Origin: Yuukianura sp. NJ FZ-2021
Taxonomy: Eukaryota
Direction: 5' to 3'
NCBI GenBank assembly: GCA_046563655.1
Contig: CM102289.1
Span: forward strand, 8,184,001 to 8,248,000
Length of the DNA: 64,000 bases
Shown here: one piece after another, positions 36,527 through 51,255 of the stretch
Position numbering within the stretch: the stretch's first letter is position 1
Layout of the letters: every line of letters starts with the position of its first letter
Position numbers and translations under genes: made by a program
Notes under the pieces: generated by a model
Told to the model about the DNA's origin: nothing
The model's database searches: none
The model's input: only the letters and a program-made list of their open reading frames with translations

Positions 36527-37255
36527 AGCCTCTTTCACACCGGATACGTCGTAACAACTGCCGACGGCAGTTGTGACGGCGTATCCATTCACACCAAACC
36601 AACTCACCGCCGGTGAGTTGGACGACGGAAGAGAAAGTTGACGGCGGAAGAAGGGTGAGGTGTTCACATTGCCTCACGGCTGCCGCCGTCACATTTTACG
36701 CCGTCAACTCTTCCTACAGGAGGAGATGGGACCCCCAAAAGTTGAAAAGTTTCAACTTTTGGACCAACTCCGGACGGACAGTTCCCATCTCATCCCAGCT
36801 GATCATCCTTCCCTCCTTCTTTCTACGTAATCTGCAGTACCGAAGTAGGAAAAACAAAAGTATAACATTGTTTAAGTGTTAATTAATAGCTAATTGTGCT
36901 AATTAGCTATTAATTTGTGTTAATACATCACCCTATAGGGAAATACGTTGGCTACTCCTCCCAAAGCATGGTAATAGAGCAATTACACATGAATACTTGT
37001 AATCATTTGGTTGTTTTCAATTCATTTACTTCATTTGTCTTCCCATATGAAACTGAAAGGCGCCTTTCAAGAATTGTGACCAAATGAAGCTGTATCACAC
37101 CGAGACCGGCGTATAACTTTCCGTAGAAAAAATTTACGGCGTAAAAAGAACCGGTGGTGCAGTGTGAAACCCTTCAACAACTATCTACGGCAGTTTGTTA
37201 CGCCGGCACAACTGCCGTCGGCAGTTGTTGCGGCGTATCCAGTGTGAAAGAGGCT
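36527..37255. mobile_element. PIF/Harbinger-type MITE, 729 bp, TAA TSD
   Basis: TAA|agcctctttcacaccggatacgtcgtaacaactgccgacggcagttgtg ... cacaactgccgtcggcagttgttgcggcgtatccagtgtgaaagaggct|TAA: 49-bp TIR with 3 mismatches; TAA at 36524-36526 and 37256-37258. Confidence 0.92.
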
Positions 37256-38599
37256 TAAAGGACGGAGGAGGAAAAGGCGAAGGGTTTCATGTAAAAAAAA
37301 AGTCAAAAAGTAGCAGAGCAGAATCTTTCCATCCAACATCCAAAAAAGTATTGAATTTGATTTGTTTTTGGCTTCTCTCTGTTAAAATCTACTGAAGGGT
37401 TAGACTAACTTCACACATTTACTATCTAGTAAACTCATCTTGAAACACAGATCCACTTCTACTAACCATCGAAGAACATAAGGAATACTAATTCAGTTAA
37501 TTGGTCTAAATCACTTTCGTTTGTCTCGTCACTTGGTTGCTCGTGTAAAGGATGGAGAACTCCACGTACTATTAGCTGAATCCGTACAAGTAATCTTTTC
37601 GTAGTACGGTAGGTCACCTTTGTTATTTGGTAGTATCAATCAACTAATTTAAAGCTTAAATACTAAATACTGTACCTTGGTTTGCATTTTTGACTGGTTT
37701 TTATAGCACATTTGTGTGCAGCTTTGAAAGCTATTCACAGTGCTGTAAAAACCAGTTACTTTGTACTTGTAATAATAAGTTGTAACTTTTTCTTTGTTTT
37801 TGATAACCATATCAAACTAACAAAACAAGAAACACTTAGCTACAGTTGGTCAAAGTGTCTGAATATACCTCTGTTTTTATATGCTTATTTGTTAACTAAA
37901 CCTCAACCTCCTTTCTCTTTTTTTTATATTAGTCACCACAATCCAAGTACGAGGATTAGAATTGATCTAATTACTTCTACGGGTCTGACTATTGAAGTCC
38001 ATCCGAAAATTACATTTGTAACAACTCAGGAATCTGACCTCAACCGCACAAGGCACAAGCTCCCACCGCTACCACCACAACACCTATCACGTCACTAGTG
38101 TTTGCCCTCCTCATTGGACATCTACCGAGGAAGGGACACGGTTACGCACAGGGCACTTCCTTTCTTCATAGTTTAACTCGGATTGGCTGAGACATCGTTT
38201 CAACTAAAGTCTAGAGAGCTCACAAAGTAAGCACATTAGCTACTAATCAAAAAACAACTATGTTTTTACCTAACTACTCGCAAGTATTGACCTATCTTGT
38301 GTAACAGGTCGTCTTGCAACTTAACCGGGCAGTTATGGCACTTTGGCGGCGACTATGACTGCGCTAGTAATCGTGTCAACAACAACCTACCTTTGTACGA
38401 CTCACCGACGGTGACGTGGACGTGATTGGTCACTTCTAAGGAAAACACTCTTCCTACCACTCGTTTCCTAGGTCTACCCTCGTCGGTAGCATTCAAGTCC
38501 GTCAAAATTGGTGGATTATTTAGCAAGGATACAGCCGGAGAAAAGAGAGTACTCCTCCCAAGATCGTCGTCGTCAGTCGTAACAGATCGGGAGGTCATC

Positions 38600-40240
38600 A
38601 TGAATGGTTTAGGTTTCAGTGAGTTGTGTGGCCTCTTCTGCTGCCCACCGTTTCCGTCAAGGATAGCTGCCAAGCTTGCCTTTCTTCCACCAGAAGCTAC
38701 CTACAAAATGGTACAAGATGAAAGTGGAGCCAAATTTACGATTGAACTAAATGAGAAAGCGGAATGGCAGTATCCAGACCGAGAAAAAGAAAATCTAGAA
38801 GTATTTTACGCCCGGACTAACCGAGGAAATCGAATAGCATGTATGTATGTACGGTGTTCAACAAATAATCGTTTCACTATTCTCTTCTCACATGGAAATG
38901 CTGTGGACCTTGGTCAGATGAGTAGTTTCTACATTGGACTTGGAAGCAGAATCAATTGTAATATCTTCAGCTATGATTATTCTGGTAAATACGTTTTTAT
39001 ATACTTTTATCTTAGTTAATTATTGCTTCTTAGCTTAGTATTAGCTTAACAAGCAATAATTAACCTACCTTAACTTTATAAATGTCTAATCGTTCATTTT
39101 AGGTTTACGCGCCATCGTTACGCATTTTCAGAATCTTAGATCCCGGAGCGATGTTTATTTTTACGTACACACGTATTCATGCCACGGGTTTTGTAACTAA
39201 ATCTGTCCTCGCAGTATTCATTCTAAAGTTTTCTTATTGATTTTTCCTAGAAGACCAGCATGATATGATTACTTTTTTTACTTTCTCTTTTTATCCCCGT
39301 CGAGCTCATTTCTCACTCAGAAGAGAAAGCCGAAAATACTCAGCTTTCACTTCCGAGTTAGACGCGTCATTTATTTGCCAAAACCAGGAATTGTTTTGAC
39401 GAAAGCTTTTTTACCGGATTTTGTTTGATGTTTGATCTACTGACGCACCGGTAAATCAAACATCAAGCAAGTGCTACATATTTTCTACCTTCCTATGAGT
39501 TTTCGTGCTCTCGAGTTTTAATTTGTTTTGTAAATTACAGGGTATGGTGCAAGTGGTGGAAAACCATCAGAGAAGAATCTGTATGCCGACATTGAAGCAG
39601 CTTGGCACTCGCTGCGAACAAGATACGGAGTTTCACCGGAGAACATAATTTTGTATGGACAAAGTATTGGGACTGTTCCAACAGTGGATTTGGCCTCAAA
39701 ATATGAAGTGGGTGCCGTTATTCTTCATTCGCCGCTCATGTCTGGAATGCGCGTTGCCTTTCCAAATACACGAAGAACTTGGTTCTTTGATGCCTTTCCT
39801 AGGTAAGTCAAAAATTCCACTTTGATCACAGAAAAAAAAAACTAACCAAACCTGAAATCTCATTAAAATTTCGTTTTTTACAGTATCGACAAAGTTCCAA
39901 ATGTTCAATCTCCGGTTCTTGTGATACATGGGACAGAAGATGAAGTGATTGATTTCTCTCATGGGTTGGCTATTTACGATAAGTGTCCTCGAGCTGTTGA
40001 ACCACTTTGGGTTGAAGTAAGGCAACTTCTAATTACTATTGACACTGACATGCGCGCTAAACTATTGACAATTGTAGCTACCATTAGCCTAATAACTTAT
40101 TAAAGCTATGATTTTGAAACCTAATCGACAACTAATTGTCTTTTTTTTTTGCATAGGGTGCCGGACACAACGATGTCGAACTGTACAATCAATACTTGGA
40201 TCGACTGAAACAGTTCATCACTGTTGAACTTGTGAACTAA
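38600..40240 (+). CDS. ABHD17: Alpha/beta hydrolase ABHD17 (protein depalmitoylase), 4 coding exons
   Basis: [61 protein letters not shown] (nucleophile), [25 protein letters not shown]; stop at 40238-40240. Confidence 0.97.
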
Positions 40241-41793
40241 ACCAGAAAACCCAAGTTCCGCCAAATTCTGGAAATCTCGTTCGACTTTTGCGTCAGTGAG
40301 ACCCAGACCGCCAGAAGTAAAACGAAAATGATTACTGTGAATATTTTGAAAAGAAGTTTAACAGGCATTTTTGAAATTTGGTATTCTCAATCGAATTAGT
40401 AGCTGAACGGAACCACTTACGAAGACAACCACATTAAGGATTAATTACGGTTGTTTTGTACTTTGTGAAACCCCCCGTTTGATATTTGGATCTTTAAAGA
40501 AGCGCATGTATTTTTGTGGACCAAAATTACCAATTGAATTAATAACCACTTCAAATTCATAACCTGTTTCAAAATTCTTTTCTTACACTCACAAACTGCA
40601 AATTTTCGTTTTACCGTTTTGCTTCAGAACAAAAACCGGAATAAGAACACACATGCATTTCAGAAATTTCAGAAATCGAATTTCATACATATCCATCCCA
40701 TGTTAGAGTTTGTAGGATTAAGTTACAAAAAGTAAGTTTAATTTGTGTTCTTAACTCACAGTTAACTTCAAAACCGCGCGACCATTGGTAAATGAGTCCA
40801 GAAATTTTCCATTTGCTTCGCTTTTCGCAAACACAAGGCCAGTTTTGTTGGTTTTTTGCGAGATATGGAGCGCGGTGCGGCGGTTAATTATTGATAAACT
40901 CCCCTAAATGTAACACCCACTAATTTAAGTATAACTTTTAATTGATTAGTTAATCAGTATTAAGTGTTAGCCAATACTGATTAATGCCTAATTACAATTA
41001 ACTAATAACTTACTATCGGCGTTTTGGTTTTTCCCTTAGGTTCTAAAAATTAGGCATTTTAGTTCATTTTTTGAGAAATGGAAAAGACTGTATCCCTTAT
41101 GCTTAAAAAACTTCTAATCAAAATCCGTGCATGACCTTAATTTCATTCTTAATTAATTCGATTATTCTAAATTAATTTTATTTGTAATTAATGAAAAACG
41201 CTTTTGATTATCATTACTTCAAGCGTTCTTATTTACGAATCCTAGCAACCAATCAAGTTTAAGTTCTTTTTCCCAGGTTCATTATGATTATTATGGCCCT
41301 AAATAATTTTAACTTAATTAGTTTTTGTAATTATTTAGTGAGTTACTTAACTACCCTCATGTAACTTGTCTTATTTTACGTATTTCTGTGTGTGCAAAAG
41401 TACAATGCATAGTAGGGCTAACTTTTACTTTTACTATAATTTTAAAAGACATAAATTGAGAAAAGATTAGGATTGGTCTCATACAGAATAGGTTTTTGTC
41501 TCGTTTTGTGTCGATGATTTTAACGTTTCATTTTTAGTTAAATCTTAAATGTAAAATGTGTAAAATGATGATGTGAGAATATGAGATCTTAATTTATACT
41601 GTGGATCCAAGTCATATCCCGTCTATTATGAAAGAGAAACACTGCTAAAAACCCAATTTGTTGTTTTCTACCAATTTATAAATGAGTGTTTTAATAAAAT
41701 AAAATGGAATTGGTCATACTTATTAATCATGACTGTGAATTTAGTTAAGAATTGAGCATTTCATTGAAAAATATGCAAGTAATCAGTAGTTAG

Positions 41794-41888
41794 ACTGAAA
41801 AATTTCAGTAATTCGTAATTACGCAATATTTTCACTGAAAACATTCAGTAATTCGTAATTATCCAATTTTCACTGAAAAATTTCAGTA
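41794..41888. repeat. Short tandem repeat, 38-40 bp unit x about 2.4, with palindromic core
   Basis: actgaaaaatttcagtaattcgtaatt units start at 41794, 41834 and 41872. Confidence 0.75.
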
Positions 41889-42551
41889 CTTTGTTTTTGT
41901 AGTTATGCATTTGTGATTTAGTGTTTATTTCAGACAGTTCGACACCTTAGCCACTTTGTAAATTTCTTAATTAAACCAAATTAGGCCAATTTCATAAGGT
42001 TCAAATTTCAGTAACTGAAAATTACGAAATCTGAACCAATTACTTTTGGGCTTTGAGTTAGATAATTTCGTTTTCGTCGCCTGCTAACTTATTACAACAA
42101 AACATTCAATACGGGCGGTGGGACGTTAATTTTTTAACATTTGGGGTTGAGCAGAGATGTGGATTTTACAGACTAAAGGTCACGTATAATAATAATAACA
42201 TTATGTCGGTTTCAGTGATTTAAATCAATTAAACTTAGACTTTTAACTACAAACTGCTTAAGTTAGTTAAGTATCGTGAGAATAATTTACTATTCTGCTA
42301 ATTTCCGTTTTTGATTGTTACCACCATTTGGTTTTAAAGGCAATTAATGACACCCAAGATCAACTTAATTACCATTTACGATCTGTTGATATACTCAGCT
42401 CCCATCACCATTTCATCAGTTTTTAGCATTTTTCACGAACAGAAAATAGAAACTAATTTGCATTAAATCGAACCTATATTTTCTCTAATTTGGATCCAAG
42501 TCCATCGTTGACAAAAAGTCCAGGAATTCGAATTATAAACTTTAAACTTAC

Positions 42552-44264
<1,713 letters not shown>

Positions 44265-45441
44265 AATATTCCCAAGAATAAAAAATCAGCAGTTAAACAG
44301 ATTAGTCGTTTTCGTTCTCCAAACTGAAGTTCAACGTAGGAAAGTAGGCGGTCCGTCGGCAACCACAAAACTCAGCGTCGTACTTTCCACCCCACCTGCC
44401 AAACAAAGTAAACAATTAACGCCTCCGTCTCCCTGAATTACTTAGATTGTGGCTATGCATTGAGAAACCAACTATTTTTCGTGTTGTTTCTATACAATCA
44501 CTACATTTAATACCTAATATTTCATGTACTGTTGATCGTTATGCTCAGAGATTCCGATTTCACTCGTTCCCGTTGCCCGGGTCTTACTCTTACCCTGGAT
44601 CTACTGGAATCTGAATCTGGAGGAATCGGTTGGTGGTTGTCCTATTGCACCCGCATGTGGTAGTTTGCCTAAAATCCTCACTCGGTTTTCACAAACGTCG
44701 GAATTCGGAGTGTGATTTGATTCGGTGATCCGGAATTACCCACCTCTTTTCTCTGCTTTTTCCTACGCAAAACGCAACCAACGTCCTCTTATTACTTGCA
44801 GAAAAACCCATAAAAAGACATCTGTTTTCGATTCTTTGGTTTGCGGTGGGAAGGTGGGAAAGCACCGCCTATTTTTTACACTTTTTTTCCTGTTCTCAAA
44901 ATTTAAATTTTCGCGCTTTTCGAGAAATTCAAAAAAAAAAGAAGATAAACCCGTTTACCTTAAAGATTATTATCAATAGACTCGTTTCAGAGACTAAAAA
45001 TTGCTAAATAATTATTAAGTCGATATCCCAGTTCAATTAATTGCCAGCTTAAGTTTGCCTGCAATAATAAGAATAACCAATAACTTGTTTCCTCTTGTCG
45101 CGGCTATTCTTCCAAAAGGAAGGGAATCTGATAATTCAGGCTAGTAGTGACGACGGAATGAAACGCTGTACGGATATTTTAAGAAACTGAAAACGCGGGA
45201 AAGAAGGACCATTTGAATTTATATTTTTTATATGTTTTTTTAGATTCTGCTCAGTCTCTCGTCAGCTGTCAATTACCTCCCTATGCTGTCGAATTATTGT
45301 TTAGCGGCTTTCAATTGATTGACGTTACTCCGGATTCTGGAATCGGAGTGCGCAAACAATCGAGGACGCGGGGGACTACGACAAGACGTAACACGGCGAA
45401 GGTATTTGAGGTACACGAGCTACGCTTGTGGAGGAAATAAA

Positions 45442-46558
45442 ATGGACGACTTTGTGAAATTCAATAATCAAACGGCAGGCAGGGACAAAGTGTTCAGGTG
45501 AGGAAAGGAAGCCATTTAACCCGGTAGGGGCTGGGGAAAAGCAACAGATCAACAGGTTATAGCTTTTTAAATAAAAATGTTGCTGCTGTTTTATAGATTG
45601 GTCCAGTACTTGAGTCGAATACTGTGGCGGAGTATGGAACAAAGACGCGCTTCCAAAGAAAATGTGGATAGGGTCAGAAAGGGTAAGGTCAAAATCAAAA
45701 AAGAAACGTTGCTGGCGTTAATTGATTGAGTTGTAGAAATTGTTTGAGTAACTCGTTACTTATAACTTTTAGTTGACGAGACCCTGGCTCTTATGAGACG
45801 CTGTAAGTTAATTTCCCTGTCACTTATTTACATTTAGCAGTATAAACCGATTTGAAAGTTACAACTTTTAAACGAAGCCTTGTTTTACAGTACTCAGATT
45901 TGGACGATTCTTTGAAACGTTTCACAGTGCTCTGCCGCTCTTCTCCAGCGTGAACAACCCAATTGTACGGTTCACTTCCGCAATGTCAAGAATCTCCGGT
46001 GGGTGCTACCTACTCATGGATCATATTGTCTGTCTCGACAAGTTGGGAGTCATTTGCTTGGAAAAATCCAAATCTGCTAGCATGGACAGGCTGTCATCAA
46101 GATTTTGGCTTTACGCAATACTTCTAGGGATCATACGCGACTTCTACGAGATTGTCAGAATTTACAAAGAAGAATACCGAACAAAACGTCACGTTAAGAA
46201 GCAGCAGAGCTCCACCGTTCCAACTTTACCAAACGGTACTGGGGGATCTGCCCTTCTTAACGAATCTGCAACAATGGAGGCCGAAGTTACCAAAACGATT
46301 ATAACCCAGCAGCAATATTTTACAGAGAGAATTCACCGAAAACTAGTCTGTCTCAATCGCATTTGCCACATAATTCTGGATCATGCTGACATTATGATCG
46401 ACACTGCCAAAAACGTTTGCGATTTGTTCTTACCTCTATCCTCCATGGGCTATGTCAAGTTGAGTCCAACTTTTATTTCCTGTTTAGGAGTTTTGAGTAC
46501 TATACTAAGCACCATCCCTATGTTCAACCCGATGTTAAAGATGGTTCCCTCTACTTAA
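45442..46558 (+). CDS. PEX11: Peroxisomal membrane protein PEX11
   Basis: MDDFVKFNNQTAGRDKVFRLVQYLSR, RRLLRFGRF, YLLMDHIV, RLSSRFWLYAI, IDTAKNVCDLFLPLSSMGY and C-terminal TM..PMLKMVPS; 4 exons with GT-AG introns. Confidence 0.92.
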
Positions 46559-47566
46559 GTTTCAGTAACTGCAACTAATCGTGAGACAAACTAGCTAGCC
46601 ACTAAGTAATTGGTGATCTCATTGCAATTCAGCTCGAATGTGTTTTCAGTCTGTACTATGTAACTTAAATTCTGTTTAGTATAATTATACTAAATCACTG
46701 CAAGCTTCTAGCCGTCATTTTGTTCTGTCCGGCCTCAATTCCGAAATACAAAACGTATTCGTACAATCTTCGGTCCACTGTTTCTATTTACTTGCGTCTG
46801 CGCTGTGATATCAGGCGGCACTATCAGCGGCCAATCCGCTTTCGATGGCAACCCGTTACCCGTTCATATTACCAAATCGCTAGTAGCGGTTAATCGGAAG
46901 TAATTAAAGAGAGCATCGAGCTTACCAATTCATCTCCGGCCACAGGATGTCCGTAGTCCAATTGCATCAGATAAACATGAAAGAGTGACTAGGAATCAGT
47001 TTCATAAGATTTATTAAGCTGCGGAACGTTGTGAGTAAAAGTTTAGGGAATCAAAGTTGGAATTTGGTAACTGTGATGTGATTGGAACAATAAATTGACT
47101 ATGATTAACGGGATAAGGTACTACTCTGGGTTCTATCAGATTAAGCGGAAAGATGCGGCGTAGCCCTTGGAAGTAAAAAATTTACACTCAAGAGTCGAAA
47201 AACGGAAAATATCGACGCTATCTTTTTACAGAATACGAATAAACCGCATGTCTTTCTTGATTAAAAATTATTACACGGTTATAAAGGCTTTGTGCTCCAA
47301 ATTGTTCCGTAAGAACCATGGTTCCCATGACAATAATTACCTACATGGTACGCGTTTGTGCATTTAAAATTGGGGCATTGAATGACGTTGGTATCATGAC
47401 AGTCGATATCCGCATATCGATTTTTTTTAGATAAAAAGAGAATAGTTGCAACATGAAAAGTATAGTCAATGCGAAAGGAAAGTATTTTTAATTAATTATT
47501 GTAAATTGTATTAATTTATGTAAGGACAATTCAATGAAAAGAAAAGAAAAGTTTAGATGCGTTTGT

Positions 47567-49706
47567 TTAAAAATCATCTGGATTAGGATCAATATCATTT
47601 GGTTCACTCGCACTGAAGAGAAACGGTGGCAGTTTATATTTGTCGGCAATAAGGACAGAGTCGTGGTACTTTGTCAATTCCATGTGGTATTCAGTTTTCT
47701 GAAATAGAAAAACTTCCTTATTTAAATGTCCGAATACTTCATCTAGATTTTGTAATTATTTTGAAAGGAAGTGTTAGACTTTTAGCCTTTACTACTAATT
47801 CAACACTCACTTGCATGAAATACTGATTACTGAAGACCAGCTTTTCAAGGCGTCGTAGTTGCCCAGTTCGACTTGCGTAAATAACTGCCTTCCAGCACTT
47901 AATGTTTTCCTCAAAAAACTTCAAATGTGTCAATTCTGAAAATAAGATAAACCCAAATTTTGCCAATTCAAGACACGCCAATGTGAACGTAAAATTTTGT
48001 TTTAAATTGAATTTATAAGTTATTCCTTATTTTTCAAAAATCCAAAGTTTCAAAAATTATCAAACTATTTTATAGTAAGATATGGCACATACGCGACAAA
48101 TTCCAAAAGGAATCAATCGAATCCGACGTCTTCGCAGTTTCTGGCTCGAACTTGCAAATTTGTTTGCTCGAGATGCATTCAGCATCTCCTGTAAGGTTGT
48201 TCCAACAGTGTTGCCTTTGAAGTTTATAGTCATCCTTATTGCGATAAGGATCCATGTAAACATGGACGTGGAGTTTCTTGACCTTCGGAAATCTGAAAAT
48301 TCCCTTCAACGTTTTAGACAAGACATACAATTCTTCAACGTTTGGTAACACCAATGGCCACTGTTCACACTCTTCTTCACTTCGTGAATCGATCTTTGCG
48401 AATTTCACGTTTGGAAAAACACATCCAGCAAAACTGAAATTATCGCCGCCATTCATGTAGTCGAGCGTTGTGAGAACTGGAAATTTCGTGTGTGGAAGTA
48501 CAGGAGTGTATAGATTGTCAACCGTCAAACATTGAAGATTTGCGAGGGAATGGAGCGGCGTTGACATTGGAGCATAAGGCTCGTACCGGCCAAAGCTACG
48601 CAAGTCATGATGCTTCAGAGAAAGCTTGCGCAATGGCGCTAGCTTTTCAATCCATTTTGACAAAATTTCGCCAGTTTGAAGCAATTCGTCTGAAGTTGAC
48701 CTCAAAAACATGCACAATTTCAAATCAAGAATTGTGAATTTTGTTGAAATTGCAACTAAATTTTTAAGGTAATCCAATTTCCTCACTCTAATCTTTTGTA
48801 TGTGAAGGATTCCATTGAATTTGTGCAGTTGATGTAAAATGTTTGTTACAAAGGTTGCAGTTCCCCCATTTTCGATTGACACATTCCGGAGGTTAGGAGC
48901 TTTCTGAAGAATTTGAATCAGAAGCGGAAAAACGTCTTTGTTGTTTTCATAATCGAGGTACGTGATGGTGATGGTTTTCAAATTTCGGAGTGTGGGAATT
49001 TCAGTGACTTTGGTAATTTTTTTCTCCGCAACGACTAAGTAGTTGATTTCTTCTACGTTGTCACAGTATTCCAAGAGGATTGGAGTGTTTTTTGAAATCG
49101 AATTCTCTTCAATTCCCGTCAATTCCAATTCCGAAGGATCGCCCACAAAAGGACCTGTCCGCATAAGCTTAAGAAAGAGATAGGAGCTGGGCCCAATGGG
49201 AGTTTTGCATGGTGTGGGATAGGAGAAGTTACATGGCGATTTGCTCCCATTCATTTCTCTCATCTCAACTCCTATCTCTCGCAATGCAAAAGTTCTCGAG
49301 GGCCCAGAAATCTCTTATGCGGACATGTCCTTTTTCCAGAATTTCACATTTTTCCCAAACTGGACACAAAACTGCTTCAACGGCTCCAGGGTCACTGATT
49401 GTCGGAATCCATACTTCTCAAAGGGCACAACGGAATTATTTTCAAACATTTCCACAAACTTCACAATGTCCGAGTCCTTTTTGAAGTCCACTTGAAACAA
49501 TTTTGGTACAAATGGCGTGGCAAGGAGATTGAAGCGGCTATTCACAAGACGCAGTTTTGGAACATCTTCCTTCTTCAAATAGCCGATGATTTTAAGTAGC
49601 ATCTGCAAAATACGTAAGTTTGTTAAACATAAAGTTTAATAGTTATTACATAATTTAACAAATTAGTAATTAGGATAAACTTTACTTCATTTGGAATGTA
49701 ATCCAT
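47567..49706 (-). pseudogene. F-box / degenerate LRR protein gene with one in-frame TAA (49315-49317); pseudogene, null allele or sequencing error
   Basis: Exon 1 MDYIPNE (49706-49686) plus exon 2 MLLKIIGYLKKEDVPKLRLVNSRFN forms an F-box. The frame reads ..KDMSA*EISGPSRTFALREIG.. and continues for about 400 codons with LxxLxL repeats (LRNLKTITI, APNLRNVSI, LANLQCLTV, LPNVEELYV). Two further exons end ..NPDDF* at 47567. Confidence 0.75.
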
Positions 49707-51255
49707 GTCTCGGCTTGCAAAACAAAGTGGTGTGACGACGAAGCGATTCGTAATTCAGATTTTACACAGGAAGTTGAAGTGGGAACGGCTTATGGCGGCA
49801 GGTGAGAAACGACCCAGTGGGAACGGGAACCTATAACCAAAACAAAAAAAAGCAAAGTCAGAAGGTCATGTCAAACCACATGTAAGATCTAATTCATAGC
49901 CAACTTTAAAGTTTAGTTCGGTTTATTTACATAGGTTGAGTAACACAAACAAACAACACTTACCACTTCAGGAGCCTCTTCTGAACCGAATTCCGAGATT
50001 GTTATGCTAGGTTAATTTCTAATTTTGCAACCATACAATTCCCTAAACACCAATTTGTTCACCCCAGGCTCAATACACGGTGACGGTGGTTACTAAAATA
50101 CGGCAGTCACTGCATTGTTTACGGTTTCAGATACAGTGATGCTTTACTATAACTAATAGTATTTGCTAGGTAAGCCCTACTTCAAGTTCTCACGCCGCAC
50201 GAAAAGAATCTGACAGAATACTAAAAACATAATTCAGACGCGTCGCGTCGTCTGCTGCATAAAAGCCGACCAAACTGCATTATATAAGATGTGAGGATGT
50301 GACCTTCTACGTGTACCCGTTCACATGATTAAGTTTCCATTTATTATTGCTCTCAAGTAACCGTGACATGAATTAGCGTTCAGTAGGTAAGAACCTGAAG
50401 CTACGAACGAAAGATGACGAGGACGACACTGCATCTGCGCGGCGAAGATAAGGCGAGAGAGGTTCCGTTATAATCTCAGCTGCAGCAACAGGGCAGGGGA
50501 AACTCCGTGTCCCGTACCGCAAACTCGTCACAGATAAAGCAAAACTGTCCGTAACACGAGGAGACACACTTTTGTTTTTACAGATTTAGTCTTCTCGGTT
50601 CATCTCATCCTAAAGAAGGTCACTGATTCCTTTAATCGCTCGAAAGTCGAACACCGATTGGTAGGTTCCATTTGGCTGTGAAAACGTTTACTGATGAAAG
50701 GGGCAGCACACAGAAACTTAAAACGTCAACTTAAACTTACATCAGCTTCAGCACTACTCGAACCTACAGTTGAATCTTGTTGTTCAGTAACTCACGAACA
50801 AAATCCAGCAGTGTTCAAGTTACCATAACCGACAAACTACCGAGACCGACTTCTGTTGAACAGTTCTAAGAAAAAGACTAAAAAAAATGAAGCGTGTTAA
50901 CTAAAGCAGTGAAAAGTGACGAAGGTAAACACAAGCCGCTGCTTGTTAAATTAAAACACACTCAACTCTTGACGTGAACCTTCCTGGAATCTGATTTTCT
51001 AATAATTCCCATTTGCCAGTGACATTGGCGCAACTCCCATCGTCATACTCATAAATTAGTTAACAAAGACGGCAACAAACGCTTTAACACTGGGAGAGTC
51101 TCCACGTTCTCCGTATGTGGAGAAAATTAAAAGCTGGGTTGGTCTTCAATTGGGTTGGGATCAATGTGGTGAGATTTACTAAGCGATTTGGAGTCCGGAT
51201 CAGTTGTGCCTGTCTTTGTGTCGTCGTCTACTTATATTCATTTGGATCAAGCAAG

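Noticed and set aside
36351..37395. Two ORFs sharing RRHNCRRQLLRRI.CERG
   Set aside because: They are translations of the two inverted TIRs of the Harbinger MITE, not a gene duplication.
39103..39200. Possible alternative or poison exon in ABHD17 intron 1
   Set aside because: Acceptor-like ttttag only; no convincing donor or homology.
50200..51250. Metal-response elements or an iron-responsive element upstream of the ZIP gene
   Set aside because: No TGCRCNC consensus or canonical CAGUGN stem-loop found by eye.
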